Shown piece by piece: positions 34,417-43,235 of a stretch of DNA of 64,000 bases. Numbering within the stretch: the first letter of the stretch is position 1; every line of letters begins with the position of its first letter. Under the pieces are notes generated by a model. That model had not been told where the DNA came from. It did not search any database and worked only from the letters and a program-made list of their open reading frames with translations. A program made the position numbers and the translations under genes. Source of the DNA: Chthoniobacterales bacterium (GTDB lineage Bacteria > Verrucomicrobiota > Verrucomicrobiia > Chthoniobacterales > JAFAMB01); NCBI GenBank assembly GCA_035601575.1, contig DATNNZ010000462.1, positions 1,849 to 65,848 of the forward strand, written 5' to 3'.

Positions 34417-34471
34417 AATCTGTCATCTGCTATTTGTCATTTGTCATACCATTCGGCGACAGCCGAATGGT
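34417..34471. repeat. Period-7 tract plus perfect 10-bp hairpin abutting a stop codon
   Basis: aatctgt|catctgc|tatttgt|catttgt|cat then ACCATTCGGC-gaca-GCCGAATGGT, whose last base is the first base of the ABC-2 permease stop. Confidence 0.85.
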
Positions 34472-35241
34472 CAGCTGTCCCAGCGCTCGAACACTTTTTC
34501 GCGCTGGAATGCTTCGGTCGCGAAAAAAATACCCGCGCCAGCCAATAGCAAGACGGCGCCAACACAGACCAGTAGAATGTACTGGTTGAGAAAGTCCAGA
34601 AGAGCGATCTGCGTTCCATAAAGAACGATTCCCGGCAGGGTTAATAGGCTGGAGAGCAGACTTCCGGTCTTCGGGTCGCGTGAACGAACGGCCACGATCA
34701 TTGCGAGCGAGGCATTGGCAAAGGCTGATACCGGCATCACCAGGAAGGCTTCGATCAGCGGCCGTGGCGAAAACATGAACCGGAGCATCTCCGAATGTCT
34801 GTCCATGAGGCAGACAACACCGGCGTAGATGGCCAGGTAAAGGTATCCGGCCAGGAGAGGGAAGACTAACGCCGCGAGGATCTTACCTAAAACCAGATCA
34901 AAGGTCTTTACGGGGGTGGCGAGAAGTGGCTCCAGGGTTTTAGCCGTTTTTTCAACGACCATTGTCTGCATGACCAGTGCCGCCGAGAAAAGCATTGGCA
35001 GCATCAACAGTAGAAAGATTTTTGATCTGCTGAACCACTCCGCGGCTTCGATGTCCTCGGAAGACAGCCGGGATGCGGTTAGGGCGCCGACTTCGCTGTG
35101 CGAGCGATGGGGGAGGTTTCCGAGCGCTGTGAACGAGTAGAGAAGGACGAAACTTGGCGCGATGAAGAACCTAAGTAGAAATCGGCGCGTTCTCCGCATT
35201 TCCAACAGCTCTTTGCGTACGATGGTGAGAAGAGGATTCAC
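34471..35241 (-). CDS. ABC-2 type transporter permease
   Basis: 256 aa, about 6 TM; its start overlaps the stop of the ATPase gene. Confidence 0.7.
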   Translation of the reverse strand: MNPLLTIVRKELLEMRRTRRFLLRFFIAPSFVLLYSFTALGNLPHRSHSEVGALTASRLSSEDIEAAEWFSRSKIFLLLMLPMLFSAALVMQTMVVEKTAKTLEPLLATPVKTFDLVLGKILAALVFPLLAGYLYLAIYAGVVCLMDRHSEMLRFMFSPRPLIEAFLVMPVSAFANASLAMIVAVRSRDPKTGSLLSSLLTLPGIVLYGTQIALLDFLNQYILLVCVGAVLLLAGAGIFFATEAFQREKVFERWDS

Positions 35242-36194
35242 TACACCTTGGCGGGCTGTTCTCGATCTGCCGTCGCCACGGAATCAAGAAGTTCAAGATA
35301 AATCTCCTCCAGCGATTTGCGGGCAGGCTCGACCGCGTAGAGCTCTGCACCGCCCTCAACCAAAGCACGGACGAGTCTAGGCGTGTCAGTCGGTGGGTTT
35401 GCGAGGTTTACTCGCAGCGCCGATTCGACCACGGTCGCTTCCTTTGCATACTCAAGCTGTTGAACAATCGATAGCCAGGGCTCGGCGGAAGTGGAGAAGC
35501 GAATCGTTACGACATTGCCGGACAATTCCGAGCGAATCTGCGATTGCGAGCCTTCCAGAATCAATCGCGTCTTCATGATCGCGATATAGTCGCAGACATC
35601 TTCGGCTTCGGCCAAATTGTGAGTGGTCAGAAAAATGGTTCGGCCGTTTGCGCGCAACGATTTGACGAAATCGCGGAAAAAACGAGCAGTCGAAGGGTCA
35701 AGACCGGAGGAGGGTTCATCCAGGAATAAAATTTCGGGCTCATGGGCTAGGGCTCGCACAATCGCCGTCTTTTGGCGCATACCCTTAGAAAGAGCGCCTA
35801 CCGGTTTATGTCGGTCTTCCCAGCATCCAAGCAGTTTCAGATATTTTGCGACTTGAGATTGAGCATTCTTTTCGGAAAGACCATACAACCGGGCAAAAAA
35901 AAGCAGGTTTTGCCATGCAGTAAGCTGCTCGTACAGGCCAGGCGATTCCGTCAGGAAGCCGATCCGGTGCCGCAGGTGATCCAAGTTGCCATTCAACGGA
36001 CAACCTGCCACGACTCCGGTTCCGGAACTGGGAGGCAGTAGACCCGCCAACATACGGACGGTCGTGGTCTTACCGGCGCCATTCGGTCCAAGAAAGCCGA
36101 AAACAGTGGAGCCTGGGACCCTGAGAGTCAGATCTTCTACCGCAATCTTCCGGCGGAATGCCCGTGTCAATGCCGTCGTCTCGATTGCGTACAT
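35241..36194 (-). CDS. ABC transporter ATP-binding protein
   Basis: Walker A GPNGAGKTT, signature LSKGMRQK, Walker B ILFLDEPSSGLD. Confidence 0.9.
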   Translation of the reverse strand: MYAIETTALTRAFRRKIAVEDLTLRVPGSTVFGFLGPNGAGKTTTVRMLAGLLPPSSGTGVVAGCPLNGNLDHLRHRIGFLTESPGLYEQLTAWQNLLFFARLYGLSEKNAQSQVAKYLKLLGCWEDRHKPVGALSKGMRQKTAIVRALAHEPEILFLDEPSSGLDPSTARFFRDFVKSLRANGRTIFLTTHNLAEAEDVCDYIAIMKTRLILEGSQSQIRSELSGNVVTIRFSTSAEPWLSIVQQLEYAKEATVVESALRVNLANPPTDTPRLVRALVEGGAELYAVEPARKSLEEIYLELLDSVATADREQPAKV

Positions 36195-36308
36195 GCAACT
36201 GGTATGAATCCGAGATCACTCACTTAGCGCAATCGATTTGCCGCACAAATTGCGCAACCCTCCACCGACTCGGCGTCCTAATGAAGGCGAGGGGCAACCT
36301 AACTATTT

Positions 36309-36590
36309 ATGAAAGATCCGTTTTCTCAAAACAAATCGACGTTGGGCGATTCCATCGCTCAACAAATTCCGTTTGAGGGGGAGCCGCACTACTTGGTCCA
36401 ATCGCTGTCACAAGGGGAATATCCTCTCGACCGCACTCTTGCCGAGAGCGCCGAATATTCGAACCGGGGATTCCTGTTATTAATTATTGCGGTTATTATC
36501 ATCTTGATTGGTGGTTGCTTTGCGATAGCAGCCTCGTCGAGCGCAACGAACCCCGTAAGTGCCGCTGAAAAGCTGTTTTACGTTGATTAA
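36309..36590 (+). CDS. Hypothetical single-TM protein
   Basis: 93 aa, one hydrophobic segment GFLLLIIAVIIILIGGCFAIAA; weak support. Confidence 0.35.
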   Translation: MKDPFSQNKSTLGDSIAQQIPFEGEPHYLVQSLSQGEYPLDRTLAESAEYSNRGFLLLIIAVIIILIGGCFAIAASSSATNPVSAAEKLFYVD

Positions 36591-36722
36591 TTGAGGTTTC
36601 TTGTCGTTACCCACAACGGTTTGTCGACGGGATTTGCGGCTAGAAATGAACCATTGTGGCCAAGGGTGCTCACGTTCGTATTCTCGGGTCGCTACCCGGG
36701 CATTACGAAATTCTGATTTCCA

Positions 36723-37646
36723 TTAGGCCTGCGTTCCGCCGTCGTAGTGGCTCATGTCGCGAAACCGGCTATAGCGATCTTGAAGCTCGCTCTTGGTGAG
36801 TTGGGTCAGTCGGTAAAGACTGAAGGATTCGACGCAAAAACTGGCGAGAACTGTTCCATGAACGACGGCTCTCTTTAGATCCGCGAATTCAAAGCCAGAT
36901 CGATTCAGGCTCGCCAAATAGCCGGCGAACCCCCCGGCAAAGGTATCACCAGCGCCAGTTGGATCTTTCACTTCCTCTAGAGGATAAGCTCCGCAGCTGA
37001 AAAATTCGGTTCGCGATAACAACAAGCAGCCATGCTCACCTTTTTTAATCGCCACATATTTCGGACCGAGATCCAAGATCCTTTTGGCGGCTTTGATCAG
37101 GTTCTCTTCTTCCGTGAGCTGGCGCGCTTCACTGTCGTTCAATACCAATAAGTCGATCCGACCCAGAAGTTTGATCAGTTCAGGCTGCGCAATAGTGATC
37201 CAAAGATCCATTGTATCTGCGACCACAAAATCCGGCTGTTCGCTCTGATCGAGTACATGGTTTTGCAGTTCTGGGCCAATGTTACCAAGAAGAATAACCG
37301 AAGCTGATCGATATGTGGGCGGCAACTTGGGGCTGAAGGTCTCGAAAACATTCAGCTCCGTATGCAACGTCCGCCGTTTGTTCATGTCAGCTTCGTATTC
37401 GCCCGACCACCGGAATGTTTTCCCCTCAACAATCTGCAGCCCGGTGAGATCGATCTGCCGCTCGCGGAAAAGATCAAGATGGTGTTGGGGGAAATCAGAT
37501 CCGACGATTCCGACGAGATCGACCGGCTGAAAAAAGCTGGCGCCTACCGCGGCGTAAGATGCGGAGCCGCCAAGCAGGTCGGGATGTTCTTCGGTTTGTG
37601 TTTTGATGCTATCCAACGCGACGGAGCCCACAATCAGCACGGCCAT
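36723..37646 (-). CDS. PfkB/ribokinase-family carbohydrate kinase
   Basis: ..LGGSASYAA.., DPTGAGDTFAGGF. Confidence 0.75.
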   Translation of the reverse strand: MAVLIVGSVALDSIKTQTEEHPDLLGGSASYAAVGASFFQPVDLVGIVGSDFPQHHLDLFRERQIDLTGLQIVEGKTFRWSGEYEADMNKRRTLHTELNVFETFSPKLPPTYRSASVILLGNIGPELQNHVLDQSEQPDFVVADTMDLWITIAQPELIKLLGRIDLLVLNDSEARQLTEEENLIKAAKRILDLGPKYVAIKKGEHGCLLLSRTEFFSCGAYPLEEVKDPTGAGDTFAGGFAGYLASLNRSGFEFADLKRAVVHGTVLASFCVESFSLYRLTQLTKSELQDRYSRFRDMSHYDGGTQA

Positions 37647-37721
37647 TGGGGCTCACAGTTGAGCAAACCACCTGCCTCCGCCAGCGCTTTTTTTTGCGCT
37701 TCGAATACGAGTGATCTCCCG

Positions 37722-37778
37722 CCCAAGACGCAAAGAAGACGAGAAACTTTTTTCTTCTACTTTGCGCCTTGGCGTGAG
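37722..37778. repeat. Inverted pair of the CAAGACGCAAAG repeat family
   Basis: CCCAAGACGCAAAGAAGACGAGAAAC .. CTTCTACTTTGCGCCTTGGCGTGAG. Confidence 0.7.
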
Positions 37779-37803
37779 TTTTTCTGCTGACGCCCTTTCC
37801 GCG

Positions 37804-38424
37804 TTACAAAAACGCCTTGATTGCTCGGGTCCGGGCGTTGATATCGGGGGCCAGGAGAAGGTCCGATACGATACAGACCCTCTCTCCTCCTGCGTTGGTG
37901 ACCTGGGTAAAATTCGTCTCCTTAATGCCGCCAATGCAGAATACAGGTATTTTGACCTTCGTCCGGAGGTTCTTCAGGTCGCCCAAGCCAATCGCGGCCG
38001 CTTCCGGCTTGGTGGGCGTCGGAAAAATCGGGCCGTAACCAATGTAGTCGGCGCCTTCGGCTTGGGCGGCAAGCGCTTGCTCGAGGGAGTGGGTCGACTT
38101 TCCAACAATTACCGCCCGACCGGCTAACTCGCGTGCTTGGGCCACCGGATAATCGGTTTGGCCAACGTGACAACCCTCGGCATTGACTTCGCGCAGGAGC
38201 TGCGGGTGATCGTTAATGATCAAAGGCACATTAGCCGGCTGCGTGATTCGCAGGATGCTCTCCGCTAACCGAAGAATTGACTCGAGCGGTTTGTCTTTTG
38301 CCCGTAATTGCAAGAGATCGATACCACCACGCACAAGCTTCTGTGTGACGTCCGGCGCTGCCTCCGGTTGGACATAGCCAAGATCGACAATCCCATACAG
38401 AAAACAATGATCTAACGTGTTCAC
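37804..38424 (-). CDS. thiE: Thiamine-phosphate synthase
   Basis: ..GADYIGYGPIFPTPTK.., ..IPVFCIGGI..; 6 nt downstream of accC. Confidence 0.85.
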   Translation of the reverse strand: MNTLDHCFLYGIVDLGYVQPEAAPDVTQKLVRGGIDLLQLRAKDKPLESILRLAESILRITQPANVPLIINDHPQLLREVNAEGCHVGQTDYPVAQARELAGRAVIVGKSTHSLEQALAAQAEGADYIGYGPIFPTPTKPEAAAIGLGDLKNLRTKVKIPVFCIGGIKETNFTQVTNAGGERVCIVSDLLLAPDINARTRAIKAFL

Positions 38425-38430
38425 AGGGTG

Positions 38431-39795
38431 CTAACGTTTCATCTCAAGCTGCTTCATCCGAATCATTTTTTCGACAAAGCCGGTGTCGAAATTTCCGCGC
38501 AAAAAATCTGCGTTCTCCATGATTTTTGCCTGAAATGGAATCGTCGTTTTAATGCCGGTGATGAGATACTCACTCAGCGCTCGAGCCATCCGCCGAATCG
38601 CTCCGGGGCGAGTGGAGCTTATACAAATCAGCTTCGAAATCATCGAATCATAATAGGAAGGAATTGTATATCCGGAGTAAACATGTGAGTCGATGCGTAC
38701 GCCCCGCCCGCCAGGTGCATAATAGAGCTCGATTGTTCCCGGTGACGGTTGAAAATTTGCATCAGGATCTTCTGCGTTGATTCGGCATTCGATCGCGTGA
38801 CTCCGCGGCCGTGCATTCGCGACTTGTTCGGACAGAGGTTCGCCCGATGCGACTTTAATTTGTTCACGCACCAGGTCGCACCCGTACACCTCTTCGGTCA
38901 CGGGGTGTTCTACCTGAATCCGCGTATTCATTTCCATGAAGTAGAAATTGCCGTCCCGGTCGACGAGATATTCCATCGTGCCTGCGTTTTCATAACCGAC
39001 GGACGCCGCGAGTTTCACGGAACAGTCACCCATTCTTTGCCGAAGATCATCGTCAACCATTGGTGAAGGACATTCCTCGACGATCTTTTGGTTGCGCCGC
39101 TGGATCGAGCAATCGCGTTCTCCGAGGTGGATGATTCGGCCGTGGCTGTCCCCGACGACTTGAAACTCAATATGGTGAGGGCGGTCGATAAGCTTCTCGA
39201 TATAGACGCCGCTGTTCCCGAACGCGTTCTCGGCCTCAGTTCGGGCGGCGTGAAAGCCCTGGACGAGACTGCCGTCGTTGTGAGCGGGACGCATTCCGCG
39301 GCCCCCACCGCCTGCGACCGCCTTAATCATCACCGGGTATCCGATTTTTTTGGCGATCCTGAGCGCTTGTTGCTCAGTATCCACAGTCCCATCGCTGCCC
39401 GGCGTAACCGGCACGCCCGCTTTCCGCGCTTGTTCGCGCGCAGAGTTCTTATCGCCCATAGCTCGGATGGACCGGGCCGATGGCCCAATAAACTTGATAT
39501 TGCAGCTGGCGCACACGTCCGCGAAATGAGGATTCTCCGCTAGAAATCCATATCCGGGATGAATTGCGTCAACATCGGTAATCTCTGCCGCGCTGATGAT
39601 CCGGTCGATCTTTAGATAGCTTTCGGCGCTGGGCGCTTTTCCGACACAAACTGCCTCGTCCGCAAGTTGAGCGTGCAAGGAGTCAACATCCGCCTCGGAA
39701 TAAATTGCAACCGTAGCGATTCCGAGCTCCTTACAGGCCCGGATAATCCGTAATGCGATTTCGCCACGGTTAGCGATCAGAATTTTGTTGAACAC
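38431..39795 (-). CDS. accC: Acetyl-CoA carboxylase, biotin carboxylase subunit
   Basis: [26 protein letters not shown].., ATP-grasp, 454 aa. Confidence 0.95.
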   Translation of the reverse strand: MFNKILIANRGEIALRIIRACKELGIATVAIYSEADVDSLHAQLADEAVCVGKAPSAESYLKIDRIISAAEITDVDAIHPGYGFLAENPHFADVCASCNIKFIGPSARSIRAMGDKNSAREQARKAGVPVTPGSDGTVDTEQQALRIAKKIGYPVMIKAVAGGGGRGMRPAHNDGSLVQGFHAARTEAENAFGNSGVYIEKLIDRPHHIEFQVVGDSHGRIIHLGERDCSIQRRNQKIVEECPSPMVDDDLRQRMGDCSVKLAASVGYENAGTMEYLVDRDGNFYFMEMNTRIQVEHPVTEEVYGCDLVREQIKVASGEPLSEQVANARPRSHAIECRINAEDPDANFQPSPGTIELYYAPGGRGVRIDSHVYSGYTIPSYYDSMISKLICISSTRPGAIRRMARALSEYLITGIKTTIPFQAKIMENADFLRGNFDTGFVEKMIRMKQLEMKR

Positions 39796-39796
39796 G

Positions 39797-40246
39797 CTAC
39801 TTCACTCGGAAAAGCGGTTGACCGAACTGGACCGGAGTGCCGTTTTCCACCAACACTTCTACAATGACACCACGCACTTCCGCTTTGATTTCGTTCATCA
39901 CTTTCATTGCTTCGATGATGCAAACCACCGATTCCTCATTGATCTCTTGACCCGGCTGAACATACGGCGCCGAATCCGGCGAAGGAGATCGATAAAAAGT
40001 GCCAACCATTGGTGAGACAATTTCCTTAAGCTTTGATTTCTCTTCTCCGACCCCACTCGATCCAGTGACGTTGGCCGGAACGGTTTGGGTGGCAATGGCG
40101 GCCGGCGGCATTGCTGCAGCAATGACAGGAGCTACTGGACGTTGTGCTTCTAGTTCAAGTTTGAATCCCTCTCGCTCCAGCTTGAAAACAGCGAGATCGT
40201 TTTGTTTCATCAAGTCAATGATCGCTTTAATGTCGTCCAGATCCAA
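39797..40246 (-). CDS. accB: Acetyl-CoA carboxylase, biotin carboxyl carrier protein
   Basis: Biotinyl-lysine motif EAMKVMNEI, Ala/Pro-rich linker. Confidence 0.9.
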   Translation of the reverse strand: MDLDDIKAIIDLMKQNDLAVFKLEREGFKLELEAQRPVAPVIAAAMPPAAIATQTVPANVTGSSGVGEEKSKLKEIVSPMVGTFYRSPSPDSAPYVQPGQEINEESVVCIIEAMKVMNEIKAEVRGVIVEVLVENGTPVQFGQPLFRVK

Positions 40247-40380
40247 GATGGGTTCTCCTCTTTTCGATGGAGCGTCATGTTAGGCTGCGGTCGAGAGATC
40301 GCGCAAGTGAGTTTATTCAGGCGATTTAGCCATCATGGTTACTCGCGGATGACGACGAAATCACAGGTAGCTAAAATTCG

Positions 40381-40404
40381 TGATCTGCTATTTGCTATTA
40401 GCTA
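40381..40404. repeat. Short period-7 tract (TTTGCTA type)
   Basis: tgatctg|ctatttg|ctattag|cta just upstream of ATG 40410. Confidence 0.55.
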
Positions 40405-40409
40405 GTCGC

Positions 40410-41102
40410 ATGGCTAGTCGCTATCACTCCTTGAGCAAGCTGGTCGAAGCGCTCCGCCACTGCGACCGTTGCCCGCAGATGCATTTTTCGCCAGTCAGTG
40501 GCGGACCGGTTTCCAGTCGAGTTATTCTGGTCGGGCAAGCACCTGGAGTTCGAGAGCCGGAAGCCGGCCGGCCCTTCGCCTGGACCGCGGGAAGGACGCT
40601 ATTCAAATGGTTTTCCGATGTAGCGGGCGTAGATGAGAGCAGCTTTCGTGCAACAGTCTACATGGCCGCAGTGTGTCGTTGTTTCCCGGGTAAAACGGCC
40701 GCCGGTGACCGAGTTCCGTCCCGGATCGAAATTGAGAATTGTTCTTCCTGGTTGGACGCAGAGATCGCGCTCCTTACTCCCGGTCTGGTGATTCCGGTGG
40801 GCAAACTGGCTATCGCTCAATTCATCCAACCGGTCCCTGCTTTGAGCGAAGTGATCGGTCAAATGCGAACCACTGAACGGGCCGGAAAGCGTTTTGATAT
40901 TATCGCGCTGCCGCATCCCTCCGGCGCTTCTCCTTGGCATCGCATCGAACCAGGAAAATCGCTTACCCGACGAGCGCTCGAGCTGATCCGACAGCATCCC
41001 GCTTGGAAGAATCGAACCCGATTGAAACAACTCACGCCAAGACGCACAGAAGAAGAGAAACTCACGCCAAGACGCAAGGACGCAAAGGAAGAAGAGGAGT
41101 AG
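40410..41102 (+). CDS. Uracil-DNA glycosylase superfamily protein (family 4/5-like)
   Basis: CDRCPQM.., GQAPG.. and LPHPSGASPW motifs; the last ~24 codons (..KQLTPRRTEEEKLTPRRKDAKEEEE) are encoded by repeat 41031..41099. Confidence 0.7.
   Translation: MASRYHSLSKLVEALRHCDRCPQMHFSPVSGGPVSSRVILVGQAPGVREPEAGRPFAWTAGRTLFKWFSDVAGVDESSFRATVYMAAVCRCFPGKTAAGDRVPSRIEIENCSSWLDAEIALLTPGLVIPVGKLAIAQFIQPVPALSEVIGQMRTTERAGKRFDIIALPHPSGASPWHRIEPGKSLTRRALELIRQHPAWKNRTRLKQLTPRRTEEEKLTPRRKDAKEEEE
41031..41099. repeat. Two tandem units of the CTCACGCCAAGACGCA.. repeat family
   Basis: CTCACGCCAAGACGCACAGAAGAAGAGAAA / CTCACGCCAAGACGCAAGGACGCAAAGGAAGAAGAGGAG; ends at the TAG of the UDG gene. Confidence 0.8.
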
Positions 41103-41202
41103 GGATCTGAGATGCTCCTCCGATCATGCCGGCGCGCATCGGTCATTCCCTCATTGAGTGTGGCATAAAGTAACGGACTCTTCCTCGTTCTTTCTTGCGA
41201 TC

Positions 41203-41289
41203 TTTGTGCCCGTCTGCATCGCTACGGGAAGCATTTTGTGTAAAAACGTTGGCGGGGGCTGCGCGAAGCAGTGCAAGCAGGTCTTGGGG
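41203..41289. repeat. Copy A of an ~85-nt non-low-complexity repeat (downstream of the SDR gene)
   Basis: TTTGTGCCCGTCTGCATCGCTACGGGAAGCA..GGCTGCGCGAAGCAGTGCAAGCAGGTCTTGGGG, ~75-80% identical to 42229..42313, same orientation. Confidence 0.75.
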
Positions 41290-41293
41290 TCAG

Positions 41294-41361
41294 TTTCTCT
41301 TCTCCTTTGTGTCTTTGCGTCCTTGGCCGACGTAGCCTTGGCGAAGTCTGCTTGGCGTGAG
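41294..41361. repeat. Reverse-orientation copy of the GACGCAAAG/CACGCCAAG family
   Basis: TTTCTCTTCTCCTTTGTGTCTTTGCGTCCTTGGC .. CTTGGCGTGAG; with 41031..41099 it forms an inverted pair. Confidence 0.7.
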
Positions 41362-41367
41362 ATCGTT

Positions 41368-42150
41368 CTATTCCGTTGCTCCGACGTAAACCGTCGCACC
41401 GGACTGAAGATTTGGATCGGCGGCCGCTTCCGCGATCGCCTGACCAAACTCTTCGACGGTCGGCAATCGACCTGCTTGCTCGCGGCGAAATTCGATCAAC
41501 CCGCGGTTCGTACGATTTAACAGCTTTGGAGTGATTGTACCCTCGATCATGTCTCCGCTTACGACGATGAGCGTGACCTTTCTGGTGGCAAGCTCCCGGA
41601 TCATCGCCCGAAGTGCTCTCTCACCAGCGAGCTTACCGATGGCAACCGGCTCGTAACCCGGATAGACCGGCTTCCGTCCATAAAAATGAGCCAGATGACT
41701 AGTGACGAAGATCGCGCGGCCCTCGCGCTGTAACAGTGGTAATCCCTTCGTCAGAAGATCGAGCTGGGCCCAACAGTTTAGAAGCATCGAATAATCTTCG
41801 CCTTTGTCCTTCTCGAGGCCGCCGCTCGCATTGAGGATCAGAAAGTCAAGAAAACCAAATTCCCTTTGGATTTGGTCTAGCATTGAGTCGACCTCCTGCG
41901 AGACCGTAATATCGCACTGAATCGTCGAAGCCTTACCCCCAGCAGCCTTGATCGCCGCCGCTACTTTTTCGGCGCGAGCTCCTTTGCTGCGATAATTCAG
42001 GATGACTTGTGCCCCTGCTTGCGCCAAGACTCGAGCTGTGACCGCTCCGATCCCTCGAGAAGCACCGGTGACCAGGGCAATTTTGTCCACCAGAGCGCCC
42101 TTCGGAATAGGCTGGAGCCGGGGGTCAACATGGAGATCATCCATGTGCAT
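41368..42150 (-). CDS. SDR-family oxidoreductase
   Basis: TGASRGIG dinucleotide motif; start ATG 42150 (or TTG 42165). Confidence 0.8.
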   Translation of the reverse strand: MHMDDLHVDPRLQPIPKGALVDKIALVTGASRGIGAVTARVLAQAGAQVILNYRSKGARAEKVAAAIKAAGGKASTIQCDITVSQEVDSMLDQIQREFGFLDFLILNASGGLEKDKGEDYSMLLNCWAQLDLLTKGLPLLQREGRAIFVTSHLAHFYGRKPVYPGYEPVAIGKLAGERALRAMIRELATRKVTLIVVSGDMIEGTITPKLLNRTNRGLIEFRREQAGRLPTVEEFGQAIAEAAADPNLQSGATVYVGATE

Positions 42151-42228
42151 CTCTTTGGGAAACAAACGGAGATAGTCAATAGAGCGTTCCTCTTTTTTGC
42201 GATTTTTTTATTCTGTTTTCCTTGGCGC

Positions 42229-42313
42229 TTTGCGCCCGCCTGCATCGCTCCGCGAAACACTTCGTGTGACAAGTGGGCACGGCTGCGCGAAGCGTTGCGG
42301 GCAGGTCTTGGCG
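42229..42313. repeat. Copy B of the ~85-nt repeat (upstream of the SDR gene)
   Basis: TTTGCGCCCGCCTGCATCGCTCCGCGAAACA..GGCTGCGCGAAGCGTTGCGGGCAGGTCTTGGCG followed by TGAGGCTTTTTTGTTCTTTGCGTGG. Confidence 0.75.
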
Positions 42314-42341
42314 TGAGGCTTTTTTGTTCTTTGCGTGGGTC

Positions 42342-43226
42342 CTAAAGGAGTCCCTGCTCTTGTTCGCCCAGGATTTTCCAGACCGTCCTGACGGCTAGAC
42401 TGGTGGCGCGGACATTGTGGACACGAAATATGGAAGCGCTCGCCCGAATGCCAGCGACGACACAGGCGATTGTACCGGGATCGCGATCTTTCGGATCGGG
42501 TAGTCCCAGCACTTCGCCGATTACGGTTTTACGGGATACGGGGAGGAGAATGGGTCGCTTGAATTGAGACAAACGCTCCAGCTCCCGGAGAATCGTTAGG
42601 TTGTCATTCCGTTGCTTGGCGAAATCGAGTCCAGGATCGATTACGACCGCTTCGCGGCTGAGGCCTGCTTTCTCGGCCAATGCCAGTTTGTCGCCAAAAA
42701 ACTGTTCCAACGTTCCCATGATGTCCTCGTATTGAACATCGGTATGCTTCCGTTTCGGCAAACCGATCGAATGCATGATGAGCAACGCGGTCTGATGCCG
42801 AGCGGCGATGCGTGCGTTTTCGTCAGTTGAGAGGGCGCTCATATCGTTTAGTAAATCCCCGCCTGAGTTCAGCAGCGCGCTGGCAACCGGTGAGCGCCAG
42901 GTGTTCACGGAAAGAAGAGGTGGGAAAACCTGTATATCATCGACCGGCCGCAATCTTTCATAACATTCCTGAAACCGAACTATAAATGGAGCTACCCGAT
43001 CGGTTTCTTGCTGTTCAGTGACTTCCAGCCGGTCCGTGCGGGCGCTTTCGCCGCCAACATCAATTAAGTCAGCTCCTTCGCTGATCAATCTGCGGGCATG
43101 GCGGATCGCCTCGTTTACATCCCGGATGCCGTCTCGGGAAAACGAGTCATCGTTCAGATTCACAATTCCCATCACCAAAGGCCGGCGAGGGAATACGATC
43201 TCTCTCTGTTTGAGACGGAGAATCAT
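42342..43226 (-). CDS. folP: Dihydropteroate synthase
   Basis: ..MGIVNLNDDSFSRDG.., ..DVGGESARTD..; start set at ATG 43226 because the upstream 20 codons are repeat-derived. Confidence 0.85.
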   Translation of the reverse strand: MILRLKQREIVFPRRPLVMGIVNLNDDSFSRDGIRDVNEAIRHARRLISEGADLIDVGGESARTDRLEVTEQQETDRVAPFIVRFQECYERLRPVDDIQVFPPLLSVNTWRSPVASALLNSGGDLLNDMSALSTDENARIAARHQTALLIMHSIGLPKRKHTDVQYEDIMGTLEQFFGDKLALAEKAGLSREAVVIDPGLDFAKQRNDNLTILRELERLSQFKRPILLPVSRKTVIGEVLGLPDPKDRDPGTIACVVAGIRASASIFRVHNVRATSLAVRTVWKILGEQEQGLL

Positions 43227-43235
43227 CGGAAAGAA

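Noticed and set aside
34317-34589. 90-aa ORF in the larC-ABC spacer
   Set aside because: It is made largely of heptamer-repeat translation (..ICYLSFVIPFG..) and runs into the antisense of the ABC-2 permease gene.
37647-37803. TPP riboswitch upstream of thiE, and THF riboswitch upstream of folP (43227..43519)
   Set aside because: thiE directly follows accC, so it has no leader. The spacers contain repeat-family sequence and I could not recognise the conserved cores of either riboswitch. An Rfam scan would be needed to exclude them formally.
41151-41520. ORFs 41151..41447 (-) and 41158..41520 (+) in the UDG-SDR spacer
   Set aside because: Both are composed of repeat-family sequence and overlap the SDR gene's 3' end. 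Neither has a motif.
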